Shown here piece by piece: positions 1-12,854 of a stretch of DNA of 64,000 nt. This stretch comes from Octopus sinensis (taxonomy: Eukaryota). The translations under genes and the position numbers were made by a program. Within the stretch, counting starts at the first letter, position 1, and the number at the start of each line of letters is the position of its first letter. Location: contig NC_043020.1 in the NCBI RefSeq assembly GCF_006345805.1, positions 4,588,001-4,652,000 on the forward strand, written 5' to 3'. Below the pieces are notes generated by a model. It ran no database searches and was not told the DNA's origin. It saw only the letters and a program-made list of their open reading frames with translations.

Positions 1-754
1 GATGTTATCTAGTTATCTCCCTTCCAAGAGTTAATTTCCCTTCATATTTTTTTATTGTTAAATTATAATATTCAAGAGAAGTAACTGTAGAAGATACTTT
101 GTAGTTATCTCCCTTAAGTATGTAGTTATCGTAATATACACTTTGTCGCTCTTAGACTATTTCAGTTATTTCACTGTGACCATGGTGGAGCACCGCCTTT
201 AGTGAAGCAAATCAACCCCAGGAATTATTCTTTGTATGCCTATTACTTAATGCATAGGTCTCTTTTGCAGAACCGAAAAGTTACGGGGACGTAATGTTCG
301 ATATACTGATTTAGTAGGTATTTATTTATTGTAAGAACTTCAATTATCATAAATTATGGGCTAGGAAAAATACTAGAAACTTTTTTGATATACCTATTGG
401 GGCTCCTTGTGTGTGTGGGACTGTTTTTATTTATGTGAGTGTGGGTATTTTAATTTCAGTGTTTGTGTGTGAGAGTGTTTTTATTTCTGCATGCGCGAGT
501 GTGTGAGCGACTGAGTGTTTCTATTTGTTTGTGTGTGTGCGACACTTACAACTACAACAAACACTTTGACCATTTGTAAGATACCCACATTTGAGATCAC
601 TAAATACTAAATCAAAATAAGTTTAATTTATTGCACATTTATATATATACACGCACACACACACACACATGTATGTGTTTGTGTATTTATATGTCGTATA
701 TTGCGTCGTATATATATATATATGTATATATATATATTTATATATATTTATATA

Positions 755-840
<86 letters not shown>

Positions 841-1004
841 CAGATATACGTGAATATACCAACACGCGTATATGTAGTATCTAAAACAAAAAAGAAACTG
901 TAAGGGATGGAATGGGAGTTCTTTCCGTTTTATTAAGAAAACTTGCATCTGTATGTGTGATAGTACGTGCGTGCGTGCATTCTCGTGTGCCCTTCGAGTG
1001 CAAA

Positions 1005-1045
<41 letters not shown>

Positions 1046-1061
1046 TTAAATATATGTACGA

Positions 1062-1228
1062 CGAGATTCTGTCAGTTTTGTTCCACTAAATCCCATCACA
1101 AGGATTAGCTAGGCCCTGGGCTACAATAGTAGACAATTGCAGAAGATGACAGGCAGTCGGAATGAACCCGAAACCATGTGGTTCGTAAGCAAACTACTTA
1201 CAACATAGCCATTCATACGTCGATATTC
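1062..1228 (-). mobile_element. tRNA-derived SINE, decayed
   Basis: Same body as the better-preserved copy at 7045-7204 (reverse-complement B-box region 'gaatgaacccgaaaccatgtggttcgtaagcaaactacttac'). Paralog at ~26510-26670. Confidence 0.65.
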
Positions 1229-1761
1229 ATGTATACGACGGCTATTTCAGTTTCCCTCTACAAACTCCACTCAGAAACATTGGTCGGCCCTAGGCTATAG
1301 TCGAATACACTTGCCAAAGGTGCAACGCTGTTGGTTTGAACTCAGCACATTGCGGTTCGTGAGCAATCATTCTCGCTGAAATGCGAGCACAAACAGACAC
1401 AGAATGTCACGGTTTAAAGGTCAACATGTTTAAAACATAAATAGCTACGAGTTTGCGTATATGGATGTATCTTTGTGCCTGGGTGCGGACGTGTGTTTCC
1501 AGAATGTCTCAGTTTTAAGGTCAACATATTTAAAACATAAATAGGTACGAGATTGCGTCTTTGCATGTATCTATATTCGTGGGTGTGGACGTGTGAGAGT
1601 TTGTGCGTGTGTGAGCACAGTCCACCTATACCCAAGCTGGTTGCATTGTCTCATAAGAACCAGCCATGAAAGTTCCGGACCACATTAATGAACTCATTTG
1701 CATACAAACAATTAATTCTCGCCTTGAACTTGTCCGGTTACCAAACAGTAGTGTCTGAATG

Positions 1762-2095
1762 GGAATTAGCTTGCTTACCTAACAAATGTTTCCGTGTTCA
1801 GTCCCACTGGGTGGCATGTTGGGCAAATGTCTTCTACTATAGTCTCGGGACGATCAAAGCCTTGTGAGTGGATTTGGGAGACGGAAACTAAAAGAAGACT
1901 GTCGTATGTATATATATATATATATATATGAAGCAGTAAGAGTGGCTATGTAGCTTGCTTTCCAAACACGGTGTTTCTGGTTCTGTCCAACTATGTGGTC
2001 CCATGGGCAAGTGTCTTCCAATATAGCCTCGGACAGACCAACGTTTCTGAGTAGATTTGGTACACTGAAACAGAAAGTAGCCCGTGGTATATAGA
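1762..2095 (+). mobile_element. Two tandem decayed tRNA-derived SINE copies
   Basis: 'gttcagtcccactg...gggcaaatgtcttctactatag...gccttgtgagtggatttgggagacggaaactaaaagaag' followed by a second similar copy, each ending in (TA)n. Paralogs at ~27190-27545. Confidence 0.65.
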
Positions 2096-2096
2096 T

Positions 2097-2176
<80 letters not shown>

Positions 2177-4074
2177 ATATATATATATATATCTATATAT
2201 ATATATAGCCATGTCTGAATAATATATTCGAAAGTTACTTCCTCTTGCTCATTATAATTTATTAAAAGTAATATAATTGTATGTAAGGAAAGTAACTCTG
2301 GAAGATGTTATGTAGTTATCTCCCTTCCGCGAGTTAATCTCCCTTCATATTTTTTTTATTGTTAAATTATAATATTCAAGGGAAGTAACTGTAGAAGATA
2401 CTTTGTAGTTATCTCCCTTAGACTGTTTCAGTTATTTCACTGTGACCATTGTGGAGCACTGCCTTTAGTGAAGCAAATCAACCCCAGGAATTATTCTTTG
2501 TATGCCTATTACTTAATGTATAGGTCTCTTTTGCAGAACCGATAAGTTACGGGGACGTAATGTTCGATATACTGATTTAGTAGGTATTTATTCATTGTAA
2601 GAATTTCAATTATCATAAATTATGGGCTAGGAAAAATACTAGAAACTTTTTTGATATACCTATTGGGGCTCCTTGTGTGTGTGGGACTGTTTTTATTTAT
2701 GTGAGTGTGGGTATTTTCATTTCAGTGTTTGTGTGTGAGAGTGTTTTTATTTCTGTGTGCGCGAGTGTGTGAGCGACTGAGTGTTTCTATTTGTTTGTGT
2801 GTGTGCGACACTTACAACTACAACAAACACTTTGACCATTTGTAAGATATCCACTTTTGAGATCACTAAATACTAAATCAAAATAAGTTCAATTTATTGC
2901 ACCTTTAGTGGCTTCAGATGTTGCTCATATTTTTCCCATGTGTCGTCAATGTATTAATTTCACAAGTGGATGACAGAAATTCTAATATAGGCGTGGAGGG
3001 AGTTGATATTCTAACTGCGAGTGCAAAGCACCCAATGCCCCTCTACATTCTGAATAAATTGTATGTTTGTGCTAGTTACGGTTAGGGTTTTATGTGTGAG
3101 TGTGTAACTGCGTTTTCATTTCTGTGTGTGGGTGCTTATGTTTGTGTGTGTGTTTGTGCGTATGTTAGTGTGTGAGAGTTTGGATGTGTTACCGTATTTT
3201 CCATTTGTATTTGTGTGTGTCTGTGTTTGTGCATGTGTAGGTATGTAACTGTTTTCATTTCTGTGTTTGTCCGCGTGTTTGAGTGTGTGAATATGTATCT
3301 GTATTTTTATTTGTGTTTGTCTTTGTGTGTATGTGAGTGTTTTTGTGAGAATTTTTTTTTCAGTGTTTGTGTGCGTGGGACTTTTTATGTGTGTGTGTTG
3401 CTATTTTCATTTAAGTGTCTGTTTGTGTGAATGTTTTTATTTTTGTGTGTACGTGTGTGTGAGCGACTGTGTTTTTATTCGTTTGTTTGTGCGACAATTA
3501 CAGCTACAACAAACACTACTGTACCCCAAGGCCGACCTAATCCTTGTGATTGGATTTAGTGGAAGGAAACTGATAAAATACCATCGTATATATGTTTAAA
3601 TGTGTGCGTGTGTGTGTGTGCGTTTGTTCGCACTCGAAGGGCACAACTTATTGAAAACATAAAATAGCTTTGCATGTATCTATGTGCATGAGTGCGGAAG
3701 TGTGGGTATTTGTTCGTGTGTGAGCACAGTCCACACATACCCAAGGTTGTCGCATCGGCTGTGACCCAACCGCGAAAGTCTGTTTTACCCAGACATACAC
3801 ATACAGATATACGTGTATATACCCACGCACGTATATGTAGTGTCTAAAACAAAAAAGAAGCTAAGGGATGGAATGTGAGTTCTTTCCGTTTTATTAAGAA
3901 AACTTGCATCTACATGTGTGATAGTACGTGAATGCATTCTCGTGTGCCCTTCGAGTGTCATTATTACTTTATTACAGATATTACAACATGAAACGTATTA
4001 TATGACGTTAGGGAAGTAACTCTAGGAGATATTTTCTGCTATCTCCCTAGTGAACATGGACTTTTCTCGTTATT

Positions 4075-4265
4075 TACTCTTTTACTCTCATTTGTTTCAG
4101 TCATTTGACTGTGGCCATGTTGGAGCACGACCTTTAGTCGAGCATACCGACCCCAGGACTTATTCATTGTAGGCCTAGTGCTTATTCTATCAGTCTCTTT
4201 CGCTGAACCTCTAAGTTATGGGGACGTAAACAGACTAATATCCGTTGTGTAGCAATGTTTGGGAA
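4075..4265 (-). mobile_element. SINE of a second family (tail 'catggccrcagtcaaatgactgaaacaa')
   Basis: 'tttcagtcatttgactgtggccatgttggagcac...gaaccyctaagttatggggacgtaaac'. Related copies at 6868-7030 (-), 6330-6530 (+), 29900-30095 (+) and inside each subtelomeric unit. Confidence 0.65.
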
Positions 4266-4544
4266 CAAAGACACACACGCACACATAAACATATATATGA
4301 CTGGAGTTTTCCAGTTTCCTTCCACCAAATCCAATCACAAGGCTTTGGTCGGCTCGGGGCTATAGTAGATTTTTCAAACGATGCTGGTGTGTTTTTCGCC
4401 CTGTATTTCAGCGGCTCGGCAGAAAAGAATAAGTTAGAATAAATACTAGGCTTAGAAAGAATAAGTGCTGCTGACGATGTGCTCGAAGAAGATAGATTGG
4501 TATATATATATATATATATATATATTTATAAAGATATATCAGAT

Positions 4545-6262
4545 ATATATAAACTTAGATATGTTTCGACCAAAGATTGGTCCAGGACATGTCTAACTTA
4601 ATAGCACCACCTGATAGGATTATTCGAATCCTGTTTAAGTCAAGTTTTGTTCAAGTAGTGAGTTCTTGTTGGGTGAGTTGTATCCAGTTTTGTTCAAGTA
4701 GTGAGTTCTTGTTGGGTGAGTTGTATCCAGTTTTGTTCAAGTAGCGAGTTCTTGTTGGGTGACTTGTATCCAATTATGGGTGGCTTATCTGGTATTCTTT
4801 GAAGGAATCTATCCAGACTCTGTTTAAAGTTGATGGGATCCTTTTCCTCTTTGATCTCTCTCGGGACAATGTTAAATAGGGCAGGGCCTGTTGAGGAAAA
4901 GAAATTATGTTGCAGTGTACATGTATGTTGTGATCTTGAATTGGGCAGGGGACGTATAGCCCGTGGTCCAAGTCTTGGATGAACCTTGAAGCTAATGTTT
5001 AGGTCGTTTGGGCATAGTTGGCGGTATATTTTCCACATCGTACAAATGATGTACCGCTCACGCTGGAGGGAGTAAAGTTTCAAGGCTTTAAGGCAATCCC
5101 AATAATCGAGAGCAGCCATGCCTTCAATTCGTTTAGTGAGTGCCCTCTGGGGTGACTCAATTCTGGAGATGTTTAGTCTTGTTTGAGGAGACCACAGTGG
5201 GCAGCAGTATTCAAGGTGTGGCCGTACAAAGGAGGAAAAAAGTGGTATGATGACACCTTGTTCTCTGGACCGGAAAGTTCTTAAGATCCAGGAACTCATC
5301 CTACGAGCTATATCGACCTTCTTGTTGATGTGTGCACTCCAACTGTGATGGTCATCAACAATTACACCCAGTTCTCTGATATTGTTAGAGTCTGTGAGCG
5401 GTTCCCCTGAAGGAAGAGAGTATGGCTGTTTTAGTGAGGAGTTTCTTCCAAAATGCATCAGCTCAAATTTTCCCTCGTTTAGTTGTATTTTGTTTCTGTT
5501 TGCCCATTGACTCACAGCATATAGATCAGACTGGAGTTGAGTTCGGTCTGCTTCTTCATTGACGATTTACTGGAGCTTGGTGTCATCAGCAAATATTTTC
5601 ACTTTGCAGTAATGTACGACACTGGAAAGGTCGTTTATGTAGATTATGAAGAGTAGCGGACCCAAGACAGTCCCCTGGGGGTCACCGCTGGTGGTGACTT
5701 TTGCTGGGCTTGAGTGGACTCCATCAACTACAACATGTGTTGTATTCGCCAGGAAATACTTGATCCAGTGTAGAACTTCAATGTGGTGTAAGAGCTGTGT
5801 TAGACAGTCCCTGCCACAGCGAAAGCCATGCTGTTTTGCATTTAGGAGTTTGTGGGTCTCCAGGAAGTCAGCCATCCTTGATCTTAACACTCTTTCAAAC
5901 ACTTTGATGATGTGGGAGGTGAGTGAGATTGGGCGATAGTTGAGTGCGAGGGATCTGTTTCCCTGTTTGAAAACCGGGATGACTGACTGGGATAGAAACT
6001 GTTTTGGTATATAACCTGCATGTAACGAATTTCTCCAGAGGTTGGTCAGTGGGACTGCAAGTTGGTGTTTACATTCCTTCAGGAGACTAACGGGGAATCC
6101 TATCAGGGCCTACAGCAGAGTAGTATTTGACCTCATTTATTGCTGCTACGATGTCAGTGGGAGTGAAGGTTGTCTGCAATTTTGTGTTGGGAGTCAACTT
6201 CGTTCGCTTCTCTTACGTCAATATCAGTGGGAACACTAAAGACAGCAGTATTGTTTTTGCAA
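4545..6262 (-). mobile_element. 5'-truncated, disrupted CR1-group LINE (RT and C-terminal part of ORF2, 3' tail)
   Basis: RT motifs GDPQGTVLGPLLFIIYINDL and IFADDTKL (5567-5902). CR1-type C-terminus RPHLEYCCPLWSP (4694-5515). Frameshifts and a 128-bp internal deletion relative to the copy at 28995-29832. Confidence 0.9.
4644..4772. repeat. 43-bp unit x3 at the 3' end of the CR1 ORF
   Basis: 'gttttgttcaagtagtgagttcttgttgggtgagttgtatcca' repeated three times. Confidence 0.9.
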
Positions 6263-6559
6263 TATATATATATAGAGAGAAACATGTATATACATATAGA
6301 TATTTATATATATGTATATGTGTGTATGTTTCGGTGTCCCCAAAACCGCTTGACAACCAATGCCGGTGTTTTTTACACTCCATTAACTTATCCGTTCGGG
6401 AAAAGAAGACCAACAGAATAAATACTAGACTGACGTAGATAAAAGTCCTAGTGTCGATTTGCTCTAGAAAAGGCCGTGCTCTAGCAGTGGCACAGTGAAA
6501 TGACTAAACAAGGAAAAGAGTAAAAGTGTATGCGGTACATCTGAACATTATATTGTAGA

Positions 6560-6860
6560 GTTAATTAGCTTCCATAATACATTTTGATAATAGTCATGTA
6601 TTTAAATGTAAGGGAGGTAACTTTTGAAGATTTTTAAAGTTATCCCCCTTTGTAGAGTTACCCCCATTGAACTTTACAATTTAATAATACATAATAGTTA
6701 TTTAATTAGATGTAAGGGAGGTGACTCTGAAAGATTTTTTAGTTATCTCCCTTTCTAGAGTTACTCCCCTTCTATATTATTATTAACTTATAACGTGAAG
6801 GTAAGTAACTATACGAAGGAAGATAGCTCTAAAATCTTCCCGAGTTCCCTTATATCTAAT
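6560..6860. repeat. ~120-bp hairpin-containing repeat (aagggaggtaact...agttatctccctt)
   Basis: The same motif family occurs at 1-130, 2220-2420, 9520-9740, 11370-11610, 27780-27990 and is expanded at 30110-30905. Confidence 0.8.
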
Positions 6861-7044
6861 TAAATTACTTTTACTCTTATACTTGTTTCAGTCATTTGAC
6901 TGCGGCCATGCTGGAGCACCACCTTTTAGTACTTATTCTATCGGTCTCTTTTTGTCGAACCGCTAAGTGACGGGGACCTAAATACACCAGCATCGGTTGT
7001 CAAGCGATGCTAGGGGGACAAACACACACACATATACATATACA

Positions 7045-7204
7045 TACGACAGGCTTCCTTCAGTTTCCGTCTACCAAATCCACTAACAAGGCATTGGTCG
7101 GCCCGGGGCTATAGCAGGAGACACTTGCCCAAGATGCCACGCAATTGGACTGAACCCGGAACTATGTGGTTGGTTAGCAAGCTACTTACCACTGCTGCGC
7201 CTAT
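7045..7204 (-). mobile_element. tRNA-derived SINE, best-preserved copy
   Basis: Minus strand reads 'ataggcgcagcagtggtaagtagcttgctaaccaaccacatagttccgGGTTCAGTCCaattgcg...'. It has a Pol III B-box-like motif at 7147-7156 and a CA/TA tail. Confidence 0.8.
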
Positions 7205-7302
7205 TATCTATTAAATTATATATTCTAGGGAAGTGACTCTAGAAAGGGAAATAGGTACAAGATTTTCCACAGTTACTTCCCTTACATGTAATTACATTAC
7301 GA

Positions 7303-7363
7303 TTGGGGTTGGGTTGGGTTGGGTTAGGGTTAGTTTCAGGGTCGGGGTTAGGGTTGGGGTTAG
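7303..7363 (+). repeat. Degenerate interstitial telomeric tract (TTGGG/TTAGGG/TCAGGG/TCGGGG variants)
   Basis: 'ttggggttgggttgggttgggttagggttagtttcagggtcggggttagggttggggttag'. Confidence 0.85.
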
Positions 7364-8978
7364 CCTCGTTCACACATCATGCGTCCATGGAAACAAGCCT
7401 CGTTCACACATCATGCGTCCATACAAACAAGCCTCGTTCACTCGTCATGCGTCCACACAAACAAGCCTCGGTTACCCATCATGCGTCCATACAAACAAGC
7501 CTCGTTCACACATCATGCGTCCATACATACACGCCTCGTTCACACATCATGCGTCCACACAAACAAGCCTCGTTCACCCGTCATGCGTCCATACAAACAA
7601 GCCTCGTTCACCCGTCATGCGTCTATACAAACAAGCCTCGTTCACCCGTCATGCGTCCATACAAACAAACCTCGTTCACCCGTCATGCGTCCATACAAAC
7701 AAGCCTCGTTCACCCGTCATGCGTCCATACAAACAAGCCTCGTTCACCCGTCATGCGTCCATACAAACAAGCCTCGTTCACTCGTCATGCGTCCATACAA
7801 ACAAGCCTCGTTCACCCGTCATGCGTCCATACAAACAAGCCTCGTTCACCCGTCATGCGTCCATACAAACAATCCTCGTTCACCCGTCATCATGCGTCCA
7901 TACAAACAATCCTCGTTCACCCGTCATGCGTCCATACAAACAAGTCTCGTTCACCCGTCATGCGTCCATACAAACAAGCCTCGTTCACACGTCATGCGTC
8001 TATACAAACGAGCCTCGTTCACACATGCGTCCATACAAACAAGCCTCGTTAACACATCATGCGTCCATACAAACAAGCCTCGTTCACCCGTCATGCGTCC
8101 ATACAAACAAGCCTCGTTCACCCGTCATGCGTCCATACAAACAAGCCTCGTTCACCCGTCATGCGTCCATACAAACAAGCCTTGTTCACCCGTCATGCGT
8201 CCATTCAAACAAGCCTCGTTCACACGTCATGCGTCCATACAAACAAGCCTCGTTTACACGTCATGCGTCCATACAAAAAAGCCTCGTTCACACATCATGC
8301 TTCCATACAAAAAAGCCTCGTTCACACATCATGCTTCCATACAAACAAGCCTCGTTCACACATCATGCGTCTATACAAACAAGCCTCGTTCACCCGTCAT
8401 GCGTCTATACAAACAAGCCTCGTTCACCCGTCATGCGTCTATACAAACAAGCCTCGTTCACACATGCGTCTATACAAACAAGCCTCGTTCACCCGTCATG
8501 CGTCCATACAAACAATCCTCGTTCACCCGTCATGCGTCCATACAAACAATCCTCGTTCACCCGTCATGCGTCCATAGAAACAATCCTCGTTCACCCGTAA
8601 TGCGTCCATACAAACAAGCCTCGTTCACCCGTCATGTGTCTATACAAACAAGCCTCGTTCACACATGCGTCAATACAAACAAGCCTCGTTCACACATCAT
8701 GCGTCAATACAAACAAGCCTCGTTCACACATCATGCGTCCATACAAACAAGCCTCGTTCACACATCATGCGTCCATACAAACAAGCCTCGTTCACACATC
8801 ATTCGTCCATACAAATATGCCTCGTTCACATCATGCGTCCATACAAACAAGCCTCGTTCACACATCATTCGTCCATACAAACAAGCTTCGTTCACACATC
8901 ATTCGTCCATACAAACAAGCTTCGTTCACAAATCATGCGTTCATACACACAAGCCTCGTTCACACATGCGTCCATACA
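7364..8978. repeat. 34-bp CpG-rich minisatellite, ~47 units
   Basis: Consensus CCTCGTTCACCCGTCATGCGTCCATACAAACAAG. The period of 34 was checked directly (7561 vs 7595). Confidence 0.95.
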
Positions 8979-8991
8979 TAGATTTTCATAC

Positions 8992-9133
8992 ATTCAGGGG
9001 CTTTTAATTCAGGGACAGGTAATTCAGGGGCACGTAATTCATGGGACGGTAATTCAGGGGCAGGTAATTAAGGGGCATGTAATTGAGGAGCAGGTACTTC
9101 AGGGGCATGTAATTCAGGGGCATGTAATTCAGG
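8992..9133 (+). repeat. Short patch of the 15-bp G-rich satellite
   Basis: About 9 units of TAATTCAGGGGCA(G/T)G, the same unit as the array at 13088-25506. Confidence 0.9.
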
Positions 9134-9334
9134 GTTAGTGAGTGTGTAACTGTATTTTTCATTTCTATTTGTGTGTGTCTGTGTGTTTGTGCATGTGTAC
9201 GTATGTAACTGTTCTAATTTCTGTGTTTGACCGCGTGTTTGAGTGTGAATATGTATCTGTATTTTTATTTGTGTGTTTGTGTTTGTGCGTATGTGAGTGT
9301 GTGTGTCTGAGTAGTTTTTTTCAGTGTTTGTTTA

Positions 9335-9385
<51 letters not shown>

Positions 9386-9394
9386 GGAGATATG

Positions 9395-9441
<47 letters not shown>

Positions 9442-10254
9442 ATGGCCATAATGGGACATCCGACTCACTAGAGAGAGCAGTTAAACTCCAAAAAATCGTA
9501 AAAGTGTGTCATATCTGAATAATATAATTGAGAGTTACTCCCCTCGCATATTATAATTTAACGAAAGTAATTAAATTACATTTACGGAAAGTAACTCTGG
9601 AAGATGTTATCTAGTTATCTCCCTTCCGAGAGTTAATTTCCTAAAATATAATTTTATTATTGTTAAAATAAATATTCAAGGGAAGTAACTGTTAGAAGAT
9701 ACTGTGTAGTTATCTCCCTTAAGTATGTAGTTATCGTAATATACACTTTGTCGCTCTTAGACTCTTTCAGTTAATTCACTGTGACCATGGTGGAGCACCG
9801 CCTTTAGTGAAGCAAATCAACCACAGGAATTATTATTTGTAAGCCTATTACTTAATGTATAGGTCTCTTTTGCAGAACCGATAAGTTACTGCGTTTTCAT
9901 TTCTGTGTGTGTTTGTGCGTATGTGAGTGTGTGAGAGTTTGGATGTGTAATTGTGTCTTTTTCGTTGCTATATGTGTGTGTGTGTTTGTGCGTGTGTAGG
10001 TATGTAACTGTTTTCATTTCAGTGTTTGTGTATGTGTGAATGATTTTATTTCTGTGTGTAAGTGTGTGTGAGCCTCTTTGTGTTTTTATTCGTTTGTGTG
10101 TGTGCGACAATTACAGCTACAACAAACACTTTAAGCATCTCTAAGATACCCACATTTGTATATCCCTAATTTCTAAATGAAAAGAAGTTCAATTTATTGC
10201 ACCTTTAGCGACTTCAGATTTGCGAGTGTTAAGCACCCCGTATATACATACCTT

Positions 10255-10510
10255 GATCGGCCATAATTGGCCTCATTCGGAGATCTCTCGGGTGTGGAAT
10301 ATTTATGACTATAGAAGTTAACTTGTTACAGGTTTTGTTTTTGGCTCAACTTTTGTAGATTTTGGGAAGTCCATAGATGTTACTGGCTTTGCAGTCAAAT
10401 CTAGTCAAGCAATTTGTCTCCTTGTTTGTTAAACCGTGTTGGAACTGGTGGATAAGAGTAGACAGTTTGGTCATTATCTTCGATTGACTGTAGTTGTTGA
10501 TGCTTTTAAC
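10255..10510 (-). mobile_element. Penelope-like element RT N-terminal fragment
   Basis: Translates to ...NCLTRFDCKASNIYGLPKIYKS*...IPHPRDLRMRPIMAD. This aligns by eye with FYGLPKIHKS...PTDLKLRPIVAGP of the element at 51928-52638. Confidence 0.8.
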
Positions 10511-10635
10511 CGATACAGGTGTGTTTTACTCCCTGTATTTTAGCGGTTCGGCAAAAGAGAACAAGTTAGAATAAATACTAGGCTTACAAAGAATATGTGC
10601 TGCGGACGATGTGCTCGATTAAAGGCGGCGCTCCA

Positions 10636-10676
<41 letters not shown>

Positions 10677-12854
10677 CACATACAGATATACGTATATATA
10701 CCCACACACGCATATATATATAATCTAAAACAAAAATGAAACTTGATTATGTCCGAAGAGTAGTACTAGATAACATTATTACTTTATATATTTGTGGGGT
10801 GTAGTGAAATGTAAATGATTAGCTGGTCAATATTTATTTGACGTGTGGGTGTTTGTGCGTGTGTGAGGACAGTCCACCCATACCCAAGATTGTTGCGTTG
10901 TCTTATGGGACCCAGCCGCGAAAGTTCCAGACCCCATTAATGAACTCATTTGCATATCAACAATTAGGGCTCACATTGAAGTTGTCCGGTTAACAAACAG
11001 TAGTGTCTGAATGGGAATTAGCTTGCTTACCTAACAATTACTTCCGAGTTCAGTCCCACTGAGTGGCACGTTAGGCAAATGTCTTCTACTAGCATATAGG
11101 CTCGAGGCGATAACTGTCTCGAGTCTATATGATATTACTTTTCCAAATCCACCACTCTCGCGTGGTTTTCTCAGCAGTAAATATAAACTAGATAGATATT
11201 TATATATATGTTTCTGTGTCCCCAAAACCGCTTGACAACTGATGCTGGTCTTTTTACACCCCAGTAACTTCGGGAAAAGACGACCAATAAATAATATTCT
11301 AGGCTGTCATAGAGTAAGTCCTAGTGTCGATTTGCTCTAGAAAAGCGTTAAAGGGTGTGTGTCACGTCTGAATTATATATTCTAGAGCTATTTCTCTCGC
11401 ATATTATAATTTAATAAAAGTAAATAATTATATGTAAGGAAAGTAACTCTGGAAGATGTTATCTAGTTATCTCCCTTCCGAGAGTTAATATCCTAAAATA
11501 TTTTATTATTGTTAAAATATAATATTCAAGGGAAGTAACTGTAGAAGATACTCTGTAGTTATCTCCCTTAAGTATGTAGTTATCTCCCTTAAGTATGTAG
11601 TTATCGTAATATACACTTTGTCGCTCTTATACTCTTTCAGTTATTTCACTGTGACCATGGTGGAGCACCGCCTTTAGTCAAGCAAATCAACCCCAGCAAT
11701 TATTCTTTGTATGCCTATTACTTAACGTATAGGTCTCTTTTGCAGAACCGATAAGTTACGGGGACGTAATGTTCGATGTACTGATTTAGTAGGTATTTAT
11801 TTATTGTAAGAACTTCAATTATCATAAATTATGGGCTAGGAAAAATACTAGAAACTTTTTTGATAGACCTATTGGGGCTCCTTGTGTGTGTGGGACTGTT
11901 TTTATTTATGTGAGTATGGGTATTTTCATTTCAGTGGTTGTTTGTGTGTGTGTGAGAGTGTTTTTTATTTCTGTGTGCGCGAGTGTGTGAGCGACTGAGT
12001 GTTTCTATTTGTTGTGTGTGTGCGACACTTACAAATGCAACAAGCACTTTGACCATTTCTAAGATACCCACATTTGAGATCACTAACTACTAAATCAAAA
12101 TAAGTTCAATTTATTGCACCTTTAGTGACTTCAGATGTTGCTCATATTTTTCCCATGTGTCGACAACGTATTAATTTCACAAGTGGATAAAAGAAATTCT
12201 CATACTGGCGTGGAGGGGGCTGATATTCTAACTGCGAGTGCAAAGCACCCAATGCCCCTTTACATTCTGAATAACTTGTATGTTTGTGCTAGTTAGGGTT
12301 AGGGTTTATGTGTGAGTGTGTAACTGTGTTTTCATTTCTGTGTGTGGGTGCTTATGTTTGTGTGTATGTGTGTTTGTGCGTATGTTAATGTGTTAGAGTT
12401 TGGATGTGTTACCGTATTTTCCATTTGTATTTGTGTGTCTGTGTTTGTGCATGTGTAGGTATGTAACTTTTCATTTCTGTGTTTGTCCGCGTGTTTGAGT
12501 GTGTGAATATGTATCTGTATTTTTATTTTTTGTGCGTATGTGAGTGTTTTTGTGAGAATTTTTTTTTCAGTGTTTGTGTGCGTGGGACTTTTTATATGTG
12601 TGTGTGTTGCTATTTTCATTTCAGTGTCTGTGTTTGTGTGAATGTTTTTATTTTTGTGTGAACGTGTGTGTGAGCGACTGTGTTTTTATTCGTTTGTTTG
12701 TGCGACGATTACAGCTACAGCAGACACTTTAAGCATCTCCAAGATACCCACATTTGCAGATCCCTAAGTTCTAAATGAAAAGAAGTTCAATTTATTGCAC
12801 CTTTAGCGACTTCAGATTTGCGAGTGTTAAGCACCCAATGCCTCCCGTATCTAC

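Larger units (their letters stand above)
1..3060. repeat. Subtelomeric duplicated block (hairpin repeat + decayed SINEs + GT/TA microsatellites); paralog of ~25505-28660
   Basis: Colinear near-identical text at 110-3060 and 25530-28660. Example: 'cccttaagtatgtagttatcgtaatatac...gaccatggtggagcaccgcctttagtgaagcaaatc'. The core unit recurs at ~1, 2212, 9500, 11365, 25505 and 27770. Confidence 0.9.

Noticed and set aside
631-2212. YI/HT/CV-rich short ORFs here and throughout the window
   Set aside because: Translations of (TA)n, (CA)n, (GATA)n and (AAT)n microsatellites.
7364-8978. CRISPR-like regular ~34-bp periodicity
   Set aside because: Units are head-to-tail with no unique spacers, there are no cas genes, and the context is eukaryotic.
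7233-9138. 455- and 542-aa ORFs in all three plus frames
   Set aside because: A stop-free 34-bp unit opens every frame, and indels shift frames freely, so there is no sign of frame selection.
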